Origin: Octopus vulgaris
Lineage: Eukaryota
NCBI GenBank assembly: GCA_951406725.2
Contig: OX597823.1
Coordinates: 106,454,001-106,518,000 of the forward strand
Direction: 5' to 3'
DNA: 64,000 nt
Position 1 is the stretch's first letter. Each line of letters opens with the position of its first letter. The notes below the pieces were generated by a model that worked only from the letters and a program-made list of their open reading frames with translations, was not told the origin of the DNA and made no database searches. Shown here one piece after another: positions 14,338 to 28,501 of this stretch. Position numbers and translations under genes: made by a program.

Positions 14338-14455
14338 CGTATATATAATCGTTTCATTCACACACGTGTTATCCTGAGAAGCAGAGGATCGACGAAGAAC
14401 GCGGACAAAGAGTGCAATATTTCCAGACAATCAATCTTCCATATATGGCAAGACT

Positions 14456-14490
<35 letters not shown>

Positions 14491-14623
14491 GGCTTCAAAT
14501 ATCATATGAAAGTGATGACAGCGGAGAAAGGAGAAGTAGGGGATAGGGGTTAGGGGCGGTGGGTGGTAGGGGCGCGGGTGGGGGTGGGGAGAACTGGGTG
14601 AATACCGTCATCACGATGACAGT
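12867..14623. repeat. Segment bounded by ~120-bp inverted repeats plus (AG)n/(CT)n; putative non-autonomous TIR element or inverted duplication
   Basis: ACTGTCATCGTGACGACGGTATTCACCCAGTTCTCCC...TGATATTTGAAGCCGTAG(AG)n (12867-13055) is the near-exact reverse complement of (CT)nCTACGGCTTCAAATATCA...GAATACCGTCATCACGATGACAGT (14459-14623). Confidence 0.9.
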
Positions 14624-15429
14624 TCCTGGCCTCGCTTGATGATTGCAAACGCATGAATTATTTATTTACTTTGGTTATCATGGCAACAGGGGAACTAGCA
14701 TTCAGAGTTTTTGCCAAACTAGGAAATGTCAGAGGAACAACAACAGCTATAACAAGCTACAGAAGTTAAATAACAACAACGATAACAACAACAACAACAA
14801 CGACAATCACTCCTTGAGAGCATCATTGACGGGGATGACAATATCAAACTTCAAAAACAACAACAACAAAGACAAGGATAAGAGCAACAATAACAATAGC
14901 AAATCCAACAACAAGTGATCGAACTGACAGCAACACTATCATAACAGCAACAATAATATCACCACAACCACCACCACCATCGCCACCTATAACAACAACA
15001 ACAATAGCAGTAGCAAAAACATGAATAACAATACCGAAATGACACAACTTAGCGATGAGACGTTAGTGACAACAATAACAAAAACGACGGCGTAGATGAT
15101 GTTGTTATTGTCATCGATGATGATGATGATGTAGAGGAGGAGGAGGAGGAGGAGGAGGAAGAAGAAGAGGAAGATAACGACGAGGAAGAGGAGGATGAGA
15201 TCGATGACATCGATGACGATAGGATGATGGCGATGGTTATGGTAGTGGTGGTGATGATGATTATGATTAAGATGATGATGATGATGATGATGATGACAAC
15301 GAAGATGATAATGATCAGATGACGGTGATTTTCATTTGCCACTAAAAGAACAGATGAGAAGGACAAAGACACACATAGTGTAGGGACTTCTTTAGAGGAA
15401 TCGAATAAAGGCGAAAAAAAATCTTGAAA

Positions 15430-15885
15430 TACAAGTTTTCTTGTTCCACAAATCATGAAGGGTGATTTAATAGTCCTGCTGAAATAGAAGGGCTTCTAAC
15501 TTTGGTTAATCAGAGAACTCTACACATCCAAGATCTGCATGAACAGCAAGGACAATAAGTTTCTTCAAGACCCGTTCCTGGACTTTCAGACTTGTCTTTG
15601 AACAGTCCAATCCACTTTTGTCATATTCACCATTCTCAAACAGGTTTTAAAAAATTCACTAGAGGACAGCTCGAGGGTTCTGTCAAAACCTCCATCCTTA
15701 GAACTTTCAAACTCGTCCGGCACCCAACCTTCTTTGCTATAGCTGCCAGACAGAGAAAAACAGGCTTCTCTGAATTAAGAAAGAAAATATGGCGATTTGC
15801 AACAAACGAGATGGAAGTGACAGCAACGACACTGAAAAAGAAAATGGCATCAGAGGGGCGATGCATACCCTGCGCGCACACAAGG
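15430..15885 (-). pseudogene. Decayed 3' end of a Tx1/L1-like LINE ORF2
   Basis: Minus-strand FLCLAAIAKKVGCRTSLKVLR...LVNFLK then LSSSEFFKTCLRMVNM resembles Tx1/L1-type ORF2 C-termini (recognition from memory). Confidence 0.5.
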
Positions 15886-15899
15886 ATAAAATAGAATTT

Positions 15900-16190
15900 A
15901 ATTCATTTAATAAATATATTCTCAGACGAATTCATATTTCAACAAAATGACATCAAGAGTTATTTCCTCTGCTTATCGTTTATGCGTATATAACCAAGAA
16001 AAAATTTTGTTTCGCCCGTTCGCTAGTTTTGAAAATAATCAAACCAAAATAATGAGTTCGAACCCAATGAGTATTTCTGTCAAATTTGATGAAAATCCGT
16101 TCAGCCGTTTTCCAGTTAATTTGCAAACACACAGACAAACACGAGCGACTACAATACAATGCTTTCGCTTACGCAGGCAAGATTTTAATG
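15900..16190 (+). mobile_element. Putative DINE/HINE-like (non-autonomous Helentron) fragment
   Basis: AAATTTGATGAAAATCCGTTCAGCCGTTTT motif followed by ACACACAGACAAAC and a short GC-rich 3' segment, a layout typical of DINE-like elements. Confidence 0.45.
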
Positions 16191-16287
16191 TAACGAGAAT
16201 ATCAACCATAGAAAGTGATATGGAAGAGGAAAGGATAAGAAAAATGTGGAGATAACGGAGTTGACAGTAATAACAGCTATAATTAAT

Positions 16288-16447
16288 GGTTTCAAATTTT
16301 GGTACAATTCCTGCAAGTTCAGGGGAGGGGTAAGTCAATGGCATCGACCCCAATGCTCAACTGGTATTTATTTTATCGGCCCGGAAAGGATGAAAGGCAA
16401 AGTCGACCTCAGCGGAATTTGAACTCAAAACGTAGAAACGGACGAAA
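16288..16447 (-). mobile_element. SINE family A, partial
   Basis: GAAAGGATGAAAGGCAAAGTCGACCTCAGCGGAATTTGAACTC core. Confidence 0.8.
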
Positions 16448-16981
16448 GGTACGCACATACACACGCACAAACACATATACACAAATGCACATACATACAC
16501 AGAAAGAAATGAGCTTATGACCGCCGGGCCGGAAACAAACTTCGTGGGATGGTGGGCGAAGGAGCGACGAAAATGATACAAATTTAAGAAAAATTCCTAT
16601 GTTTATAATTTCAAACATATTTCAATCGTGTTGATTCTGTTACTGCTTCATGCGCTTCGCCACGTATTTGTCACGCTCTGGCGATTAGTGTACTTTATCA
16701 ATCAATAGTACTGTCTGATTTATGATAAAGAAAGCAAAGCTGTCAAGTCAGCTCAGAGTTATCTTTCTTGGTATGTATCTCGTTCTGATGAGAAGTAATG
16801 AATCTGAGATGTATTTAACAGTCCAGTAGACAGCGCCCTGAACTAAATAATGTGCTCCAACATGCATAGTCCGAGTATATCATGAAAACACTGTTTTCTT
16901 CAGGTGATTAATAATTTAGTTCTGAGTAAAAATACCATAAGAAGTGGATTGACCCTCTCAGTTAGGCATCATTTAAAGAGT

Positions 16982-17068
<87 letters not shown>

Positions 17069-17172
17069 CTCACACACGTATATATCAAAGTTTAAATTGA
17101 TTGGGACTATTTATTATATTCACCTCTAATCATAGTATGGAGTTTTCCCAACGGTAAATGTTCTGCCAGCAA

Positions 17173-17400
17173 GGCGGCGAGCTGGCAGAAACGTTAGCAC
17201 ACCGGGCGAAATGCGTAGCCGTATTTCGTCTGCTGTTACGTTCTGAGTTCAAATTCCGCCCAGGTCGACTTTGCCTTTCATCCTTTCGGGGTCGACAAAT
17301 TAAGTACTAGTTACGTACTGGGGTGGATATAATCGACTTAATCGTTTGTCTGTCCTTGTTTGTTCCCTCTTTGCTTAGCCCCTTGTGGGCAGTAAAGAAA
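17173..17400 (+). mobile_element. SINE family A, full length
   Basis: GGCGGCGAGCTGGCAGAAACGTTAGC head, GAGTTCAAATTCCGCC B box, GTCGACTTTGCCTTTCATCCTTTCGGGGTCGA core, GCCCCTTGTGGGCAGTAAAGAAA tail. Confidence 0.9.
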
Positions 17401-18030
17401 CCGGTAAATATTCCCTTGTTATTTGTAAACCAGATTTAAAATAATAATCTCTATGTAACGTACAATAAACATTCGAACAACTGCTGTAGATTGATATACG
17501 TGCTAAAATATTCTCTTATTTTCTTTCTTCCAGACGGTCTCAATTCTTTTATGAAGCAGCTTTCAATTTCAATCTACTTTACACTATGATATGATTCTAT
17601 TTAACTATAACTATAATCCCTGTAAAGCCATCATCAAATTCAACGTATTTATTTTTTATGCAATTTTCATGTTTAATTATTTATAATCTCATTTCAGATT
17701 ATAGATTTGCAAGTATGTGTTCATAAACAAAAGGATTAAAATTGTTTTGTAGTGTAAAATCATATATGTAACAAAAAAAAAACATTATCACTTTAAAATA
17801 CAAATTTATATATATAAAAATTAAATTCTACGTTCTCGGATTTTATTTTCATGTAGCAAGAAAAGGAAAATACCTTGGAACTGATTATTTTTCCAAAAAT
17901 TGTAAGTAAAATGAAAAACGAAACAAAACTATGATTTCTCCACGAACATTTGTCATGAAAAACAAGTCGATATTTTCTTATTGATTTGAGAGCAAAGATA
18001 ATGCAGTAAAGGATCAAGAGAATTATTGAT

Positions 18031-18118
<88 letters not shown>

Positions 18119-18174
18119 TGTGTGTGTGTGTGTGTGTGTATGTATATATATGTATATCTATATATATGTATATA

Positions 18175-18207
<33 letters not shown>

Positions 18208-19439
18208 CATGCCTTTATTCGTTTTCAAGCCAAATCCAAATGGTTCCAAGAGTAATGTTTAATCTGTTCACCATTGTTCAAATAAATACCAGTAATATAT
18301 TGAGTTGATTCATTAAACTTCGACATATTTAAAAGGAAAGAGAATTTAACCTGTGCACTGAAATAAAATGCAAGGCAATGAATTTCTGAGAATTTCTTTC
18401 TTCATTTTAATTTAATTTTATTTTAGCATTATATTGTCCTTAGATCAAATGCAACCTTCCAATAACTGCAGAAATTTCGTTATGCCTAGAAGGCCTCGCC
18501 ATAAGAAATTTCATATGCTCAATCTCTCTCATAAGTATATCTCCTCTTTTACTATAAATATCTCAATAAACCCTGGAAACAATTCCTGTAACTGAGAACT
18601 CCATTCATTCTAGTCATTGCTTCCATTCTAATGTTCAAACTCCGCAAAAAACTTTCTCGAGCCCATGTACTCGAAACCATTACTCTTTGAATCTAAGACC
18701 GGGTGTATTTAAACATATCCAGATCACTTACACAAATCGCCACGTTATCTAACGAGAATTCTTTCAACTTCACATTAAGTTTTGCTTCCCTCTGGCATCA
18801 TGACTAGAGTGAATGTACTTTAATCCTGCCGAACAACTTACCAAAATTCTAAGAAACTGTCTTCTGATACGTCTATATAAATTATGTTTAACAGCATCCG
18901 CATCACCAGCATCTTCAGAAATTTAGTTTGAGAATAACACTAAAGTTCTCCCAGAAAACCTTTTATATATTTTGGACAAAAACGTAATAAATATATGAAA
19001 AACAAACACACACACACACACACAAGAAGTATGCAACAACAATGGATTTTATCCAAGGAAATATTTAGTATTAACAAGAGAAAGAAAGAAAGAGACAGAA
19101 GGAGTAAAAAGGACAGAGAGAGAGAGAGAGAGAATGAAAGATATAGAGAAGGAGAGAGACAGAGAGCGGAAAATAGAGCAAGACACTCGATTTCATTCCA
19201 TAGAGAAACACACCAGCAAACATTCGCACAAAGAGTTTCGTGCATGCAGACATACAATTTCTTCTCTTGGTATATACACACGCATCCAAGTAAACATATA
19301 TTTTCACGAACTTCCACAAGCGGCGATATGTATAAAAATATGTGTATGTCTATGTGTGTGCGTGGGTATTTGTATGTGTGTGTGCGTGTGCATATATATG
19401 TTTTCACAAATACATAGATACACACATAGACACACACAA

Positions 19440-19492
<53 letters not shown>

Positions 19493-19742
19493 CGTGTGTG
19501 TGTATGCGTGTGTATATGTGTGTGTAAATATAAACTTCCCATACGCAAGAACAGGTAATCACGCAACTATGTACAAAAAATATTTTCTTTATATATACAT
19601 ACGTATAAATGTATGTGTGCATTTGTATGTCTGTATATACATTATCTCTCTATATATGTATAAATATATATATGTTGTATTATATATACACAAACGTATA
19701 TATATATACATATACATATAAATATGTGTGTATACATATACG

Positions 19743-19819
<77 letters not shown>

Positions 19820-19893
19820 CAAACACATATATATGTTTACATGTATATATATATATATATATACATGTAAACATATATGTGTTTGTGTATATA

Positions 19894-19940
<47 letters not shown>

Positions 19941-20104
19941 ACATATATATATTAATATATATATATACACACACACACATATATATATATATACAAATAT
20001 ATATATATATACGTATACGTATATATATATATGTGTGTATGTATGTATTTATTTATTAACACACATACAAAGAAAATCAGAAAGAAAGACCATGATTTAT
20101 CACT

Positions 20105-20300
20105 ATCAGTTGGTGTTTGTCCTCGGGGTAGCCATGATGTCACCGTTCTCCATGTTGGTGTCCCTAACTGTGACGATATCTACAGTAAACAAAGGTATGT
20201 CCATATGAGACAGTAATGTCAGCCCATTTGGTGCCGGCTTAAAGGGATTCTCGCCGTCACAACTTCCAGGGGTCTCTTCTGGTGTGTCACGAAACCATCA
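20105..20300 (-). pseudogene. Possible Penelope-like RT fragment (motif A region)
   Basis: Open minus frame WFRDTP...[22 protein letters not shown] resembles PLE RT 'RDT...LFT.DV.S.YTNM'; isolated unique island among microsatellites. Confidence 0.35.
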
Positions 20301-20449
20301 TCATAGAGGCTACTTCAATTTGGATTCATACATGCATACAAATATACGTATGTTATAGATATATTTGAATGCATGCGTTATGTATGTGTACACGTATGTG
20401 TGCGTGTGTGTGTACACATATATGTGCTTAATATATTGATGATAACTTG

Positions 20450-20500
<51 letters not shown>

Positions 20501-20531
20501 GTGTATGTGTGTATGTGTGTATACACGTATG

Positions 20532-20658
<127 letters not shown>

Positions 20659-21168
20659 TTATATACATATATATGCATATACACACACAGATTCCAACAA
20701 ACATATATACATACATAAATGTGTTTGTGCTTATGAACAAGATGTCATTATCGTATAAATATTTATATGTATACATGTATGCATATATGTATGTGCGTAT
20801 ATATATATATATATATGCGTATGTGTGTGTGTGTGTATGCGTGTGTGTGTGTGTGCGTGTGTATGTTAATGTATGCCTGATATGTAATACTTTCGCTATA
20901 TATTTTTCATAAATATGCATGATCCACCTTACTCAATTACACACACGTAAACGCACACAGATATAGTGACACTTGCACTCATAGACGCACACATACTCGT
21001 GCGCGCAGCCTTCTTTTTTCTGTCGAGGGCTTATATGCCCCTTTATCAGACTATTTTCCTTAGTCATTGCACGGTGATCGCCATCAGCTTCAAGCTTATA
21101 TAAAAATACTATTATTATTATTTACAGGATTGTAAAATACAGCGCCGTGTAACAAAACCATTCGCACC

Positions 21169-21254
<86 letters not shown>

Positions 21255-21628
21255 CTATATCTATATATACATATACACACAAAGACACATTCGTGCATGA
21301 ACTCACACGCAATATACATTACAAAGTCGTAATAGTTAAGATGTTGCTGTCAAGAAAAACTATTAAATATATAAATAAACTGCATTAACTGATTATAAAC
21401 GATATAGTATACAAAAAAAAGAAAAAAAAAACAAATAAATGGCAAGAATATTTGCAACAAATGACGTCACTGCTAGGCTTGGACTTGAACAAAGTATTAC
21501 TTTCTATACTATATTTAATATTACTGCCACTTGCATATACATTTATGTCAACACATTTAAACACACGCACAAACATGAAAAAAAAAACAACAACAAAACC
21601 TGACACAGCTTATTTATACAAAGTCAGA

Positions 21629-21861
21629 AGGCGGCGAGCTGGCAGAAACGTTAAGCACGCCGGGCGAAATGCGTCGCCGTATTTCGTCTGCCGTTACATT
21701 CTGAGTTCAAATTCCGCCGAGGTCGACTTTGCCTTTCAACCTTTTGGGGTCGATAAAGTAAGAACCAGTTACGCAATGGGGTCGATGTAGTCGACTTAAT
21801 CCGTTTGTCTGTCCTTGTTTGTCCCCTTCTGTGTTTAGCCCCTTGTGGGTAGTAAAGAAAT
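21629..21861 (+). mobile_element. SINE family A, full length
   Basis: Same head, core and tail as 17173-17400. Confidence 0.9.
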
Positions 21862-22020
21862 AATATATACAAAGTCGGAGTTGTATTTAAAAAAAAAGTA
21901 TTGAGTATATATTAATGTGTTTAGTCTTCTAAACTACTATATGGTGCAAAATCCCAACGCACACACGCACGCACACACACACACACACAAACAAACACGC
22001 ATGCACGCACACACATAGTT

Positions 22021-22170
22021 TATTCTTATCCCTTCAGCCGTTTTCATAGCCAGCGAATTCAATTAGAAAAATTAAATTAAATTAAATTAAATTAAATTAA
22101 ATTCATTTAGAATTTCCATACTGAAACTGGTTAACTGGGTATTTCATCAAGGCAGAAATTTCCAGAAATT
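22021..22170 (-). repeat. Inverted, diverged copy of the hammerhead-bearing repeat at 22545-22860 (degenerate core)
   Basis: Reverse complement reads AAATTTCTGCC-TTGATGA-AATACCCAG...CTGGCTAT-GAAAAC-GGCT-GAA-GGGATAAGAAT. Confidence 0.7.
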
Positions 22171-22601
22171 ATTTGCATTCCAACGTGTTGGTTGACCCAT
22201 GACAGACTGAGGTGTGTGCGTTTTGGCAATTTATGGATTTAAAAAATCCCGTTATTAGCATATACATACATATAAACAAATATGTTTGATGTAGCTGTGC
22301 ACGTGCGTTTGTAATACATAATAGTTGTTATTGGTTGTGAGGTGTTATATATATATAGATTGAAAAAGAGATAGAGACAAATAGAGAGAGAGATAGCGCG
22401 AGAAAGAGAGAGCTCTCACTCCCTCACTCTCTATATATATCTCTCTCAATCTCTCCTTCCCTATCTCTCCCTCTCTCTCTCTCTCTGTATATATATATAT
22501 ATATATATATATGCTACTAACAGTTTCTTTTAAATGCATACATAGCTAAAACGCGCACATCTGAGTCTGTCAAGGGTCGGCCAATATAACTCCTTTCTAG
22601 A

Positions 22602-22727
22602 AAATTCTCGCCTGATGAAATTACCAATTAAACAATTTCAATATGAAAATTTTAAATTAACTTAATTCAATTTAATTTCTCTAATTGAATTAGTTGGGTA
22701 CGGAAACGGCTGTAGGGATAAGAATTT
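22602..22727 (+). ncRNA. Putative type I hammerhead ribozyme with long AU-rich stem II
   Basis: CTGATGA (22612-18); stem II TACCAATTAA...TTAGTTGGGTA; GAAAC (22703-07)-GGCT-GTA (cleavage predicted after 22714); stem I AAATTCT/AGAATTT with an internal bulge. Confidence 0.65.
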
Positions 22728-22943
22728 CATATTATATTGATCTGAATATCTTTAAATAAACCGATGTCTATATGACAATTTCTCCATTTTCTTTTTCTTT
22801 TCTCACTCATAAATAATTTAAATACCCATATCCATCAATGCAAAACTAACGTATTTAATTTTTCACTGAACACTGGTAAAAACCAGAGAAATGTCCCTTA
22901 AAGGATTATAGGTTTTTGGCATAATTAAATTTATATACATATA

Positions 22944-22974
<31 letters not shown>

Positions 22975-23022
22975 TGCTTAGGCATTGCCAGACCAATAAC
23001 CTCTCTATAGAACTCAATGGTA

Positions 23023-23101
<79 letters not shown>

Positions 23102-23140
23102 TGTAATTCTTTTCCAAAAGTAATTGCACCTCATATTCGA

Positions 23141-23221
23141 GGCTCCGATGAAGCCATAAGATAATATTCGGGTACTCAAATATGAGTCCAATGCATCATA
23201 TGGCAGAAACAGCTGAAAGCT
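23141..23221 (+). ncRNA. Degenerate type I hammerhead ribozyme
   Basis: GGCT-CCGATGA-A-GCCATA...TATGGC-A-GAAAC-AGCT-GAA-AGCT; stems I and II pair, but U4->C and U16.1->A should inactivate it. Confidence 0.6.
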
Positions 23222-23523
23222 AATGGAGTTCACAAAATAATCGTTTTTTTCCCGTTGTCTTCTCACTTTATTATATATATAGATGCATTAGCCAATTAAA
23301 CGTTGCAGAATTGGGTATAAAACAATAGGATATCTGGGTGCACTTTTCCTTCAACATATCTGTGTCCATGTTTACTTCTATATTTTTGTCATTTATATTT
23401 ATCTGTATCAAAATATAGTAAGTTGGAATCCGTGTAGCTTAGAGACAACTAAATTATTTTAGCTATTTACAAAATTATATATCATTTATTATTGTATGGT
23501 TATATACATTACTTTCTCTCTCA

Positions 23524-23611
<88 letters not shown>

Positions 23612-24456
23612 TTGCATATACATATATATATATGTATATATGTATATCAATGCCTTTCTAGATATATATATACATTGATATACCTATATATATGTATACA
23701 CAAACACACGCATATATATATATATATTTATATATATATATATTGATATAACTATATATATGTATACACAAACACACGAACATGCGCATATATATATACA
23801 CTCACACATACAAATACATTATTGTAAGTATACACGTTTGTTTGTATATATATATATATATATATGTATGTATACAAATGGGTGTATATATATATATATA
23901 TTTATATACAAATGTGTGTATATATATATATGTGTGTGAGTGTATATAGGTTCGTGTGTTTTTATACATATACGGATATATTTGTATGTATATTATAGAT
24001 ATGCATTCATATGCATATGTATATGCTTGCATGTATATATGTGTGTGTGCGTGTGTGTATCGGTGTGTGCATACATTCATGTATACTTATGTGTGTGTGT
24101 GCTCGTGCACATACACGCAGAAACACGCACAACACACACAAACGCACGCACACACATATAAGGATTATTTTCCGCTTCTCTTCGAATTTGAGTATAAAGT
24201 TTTCTATTTCCAGCATGTTTGTTAATGTATATATATACATATGAACGTTTACATATGTCTACTGGTGTGGAGGTGAAAGTATATACACAAACGTGTGTGT
24301 ATGTAATTATTCGATTGTTTGCCTGCTTGAAACACGTTACTTCGTTGAAGTACACAAACGCGTTTGAATAACAAATGCACGATGCATTCTTTTGTTATTC
24401 CAAATAATCAGAACTTGTGACTCTCTAAACTTCTCTCCCAATTTCTCTTCGTCAGT

Positions 24457-24524
<68 letters not shown>

Positions 24525-24599
24525 CCCCCACACACATTTGCTCTGCTTCTACAACTCTCTTCATACTCCACTTTCACTGTTGCTCTCTTAATCGCTTTC

Positions 24600-24855
<256 letters not shown>

Positions 24856-25486
24856 AGCCTATTTTCTTTTTTACTAATTGATATTTATTCTTTGTTTGTT
24901 ATTGGTATATTTACATATATATTTATTTATATACTTTGCTATTTCATTTTGTCACAAACATATTGCGAAATCAGGGTGTAAGCGGTGTCTGTTAGGGTAT
25001 TTTGTTCAGTGTGAAACACCAGCTTCCGGTCCACCCCAACAAACGTGTGTTGGTGCCACTCAGCCTATTGTTACTTTTGGTGCGGAGCAAAGTGGCGGGA
25101 TTAACTGTTTTCACTTGATCACCAGCCGTGACTCTCTCGACACATCACTTGGACAACGAAAGTCGACATTTTAATAAAGATATTACTTCTAACTTAGCTA
25201 ACAATAAGCCGTTTGTAAGGAATATTGTGTGTGTGTGTGAGGGTACATGCACATACATATACACATATACATATTTGTATGCACATATACACGACACATA
25301 CAATTATATAGCGCTACAAAGTGCTTGTTTGACTGTGCATGCATCTATGAATGCATACATGAATGTAGATTTCTATGTATATATGTATGTATATATGTAT
25401 GTGTATGTATGCGTATATTTGTATGTAGTGTGCATGTAGGTGTGTATCTATGTGCGTGTCCCGGTGCGTGTTTGTGAGTATTTGTA

Positions 25487-25560
<74 letters not shown>

Positions 25561-25948
25561 CGTGCGTGTACATCTGTAGTTTACCAAATATATCAGTAGG
25601 TAAACATATTCACAAATATGTGTATATATGTAAGTCATTGAAGTATATAAATATATACGCAAAGAAAAATATTTCTACATATATAGTTATGTAAATGAAA
25701 ATATATACATACGAAAACGCACTCGTGTTCAGACACACACACATAGACACCCACAAGCAAGCACACACGCACACAAGCAAACTCACACACATAGGGGTGT
25801 GTGTTGATGTGTGTTTCTAAGAATATTAGTATATTATCGAGCATAATCAATGGTAATGTCTATCTGTCTTTATCTTTTCATGCATGTATGTTTGTATGTA
25901 TGTATGTATGTATCTATCAATGTCTCTCTCCCTATAAATATGTTTATG

Positions 25949-26052
<104 letters not shown>

Positions 26053-26058
26053 GAGAGA

Positions 26059-26116
<58 letters not shown>

Positions 26117-26147
26117 TATATGTATATATATATATATATATATATAC

Positions 26148-26203
<56 letters not shown>

Positions 26204-26402
26204 CATATAGTCGTACATACAGAGACCACGGGTATATATATACACACTCATATGTGCGCAATGTATATGTATGTATTATATACACACTCATATGCAATAA
26301 TATTTATTTGTGTAACTCAGTATGCGCCTGTATAAAAATATTATAACTACGTATGACTCTGTCTTTGCTCTTATTTATGTGCATGTGTGAGTATATGTGT
26401 CT

Positions 26403-26452
<50 letters not shown>

Positions 26453-26659
26453 CTGTGTGTGTGTGTGCGTATTAATTAGTGAATGCACGTATGTGTGTAT
26501 GCATGTAGTAAGTGAATAACTTGTATTGTTATATCCATTTTCAGAAAAAAGTAATATTAGAATCTATTTGCAGAAATTGGTATTTATTAGTTATTTTACA
26601 CTTTAAGTATATATCCATATATGAGTCTGTGTGTATGTGTGTGTCTCTGTGTCTCTGTT

Positions 26660-26722
<63 letters not shown>

Positions 26723-26742
26723 TATATATATATGTATATATA

Positions 26743-26812
<70 letters not shown>

Positions 26813-27011
26813 ATATATTTTATATCGAAACCCACCACACAAATAAAATATAACATACAATCGCATAGTCTTTCATTCTACTTCTCTCTTTTGTATAGTA
26901 TATTACGCATGCGTGCGTCTACAAACGCAGACAAACGCTTACACATGAAAAAGAACACATACATATGTACATAAATATCTATGCATATATACATCTCTCT
27001 CTCTCTCCATA

Positions 27012-27119
<108 letters not shown>

Positions 27120-27679
27120 TACGTATGTATATTTATATGTCAAATCACTTGTGTGTGAATGTATGCATTGTGACAAAGCCCCAATATTTATATATAATCG
27201 TGACTAAATTTGTACGCTGTAAAAAAACCCAACCGGAAAGTTTGTACGGTTATTCTAACATGTTACACAATCTTTTCATTCTTCCTTTCTTTTAATTAAG
27301 CTTACTGATTTCTCTTAATTTATTACAAACCTAATTCCTGTCCATAGCAATATGTGCAATGTAACCACACAGGAATCCAGTTATTTTGGTTATTTTTTTA
27401 CAATTTTATCGGCCCTGGTCGAACAAAACTATGATCAAAGCTATCCAGGCTATGGCCATCGCATCTTATTTTTTTCAGACTTATTGCTCTAAGTAATGTC
27501 TCTCCTAAACACACACACACACGCACACATATATATGTATATTTGTATATATGTATATATGTATATATCTGTCTATCTATCTATATATATATATATATAT
27601 ATATATATCTACATATATATATATATACATATATATATATACATATATATATACATATATATATATATATGCATACAAG

Positions 27680-27729
<50 letters not shown>

Positions 27730-27816
27730 CATATGTGCAAACATATATACATGTAAACATACATTCATACTTACGTACATACATACATACAGGAAGAGTG
27801 AGAGGGAATGTGATTG

Positions 27817-27886
<70 letters not shown>

Positions 27887-28194
27887 GCTCGTAAATTTGT
27901 AGGCGACATTTTTTGTTATTTTTAGAATGTCTGCGGCCAAAGTCGAGGCTCTCGGTAAATTAAAATAAGATTGAAAATTTTGATGCTGACTTTTGCGAAG
28001 AGCTCGAGCTGCACAATTTAATTAGGTTCCTTTCTGACTCCTGTTGAATGCGTGATGGAACGTCTTTGTTTCTTGGGGTCGATACAATAATATATATAAC
28101 CTAACTTGCTGGGCCTTGTGTAATGCATCTGAACAACATAGAAATGTACAGCTTTATCAAATACCATAGAAGAGATATTCTTTCCCCTTTTATT

Positions 28195-28410
28195 CCCTTA
28201 TTTGTTTCAGCCATTTGACTGCAGCCAAGCTGGAGCACCGCCTTGAAAGGGGTTTTTTAGTCGAACAAATCCACCCTGGGACTTATATTTTTAAGGCTAG
28301 TACTTACTCTATCTATCCGTTTTGCCGAACAGCTAAGTTACGGGAACGTAAATACTCCAATACCGGTTCTCAAGGGGTGATGGGGTGGGTCAAACACAGA
28401 CACAAAGACA
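28195..28410 (-). mobile_element. SINE family B, 3' half
   Basis: TGTTTCAGCCATTTGACTGCAGCCAAGCTGGAGCACCGCC...GCCGAACAGCTAAGTTACGGG matches the full copy at 29734. Confidence 0.8.
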
Positions 28411-28456
28411 CCCACGCATACATACATACATGCGTACATGCATGCATACACACACA

Positions 28457-28501
<45 letters not shown>

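Noticed and set aside
20110-20194. Possible plus-strand exon (ATCAG| ... AAAG|GTATGT)
   Set aside because: There is no polypyrimidine tract and no recognisable peptide; the opposite strand better resembles a PLE RT remnant.
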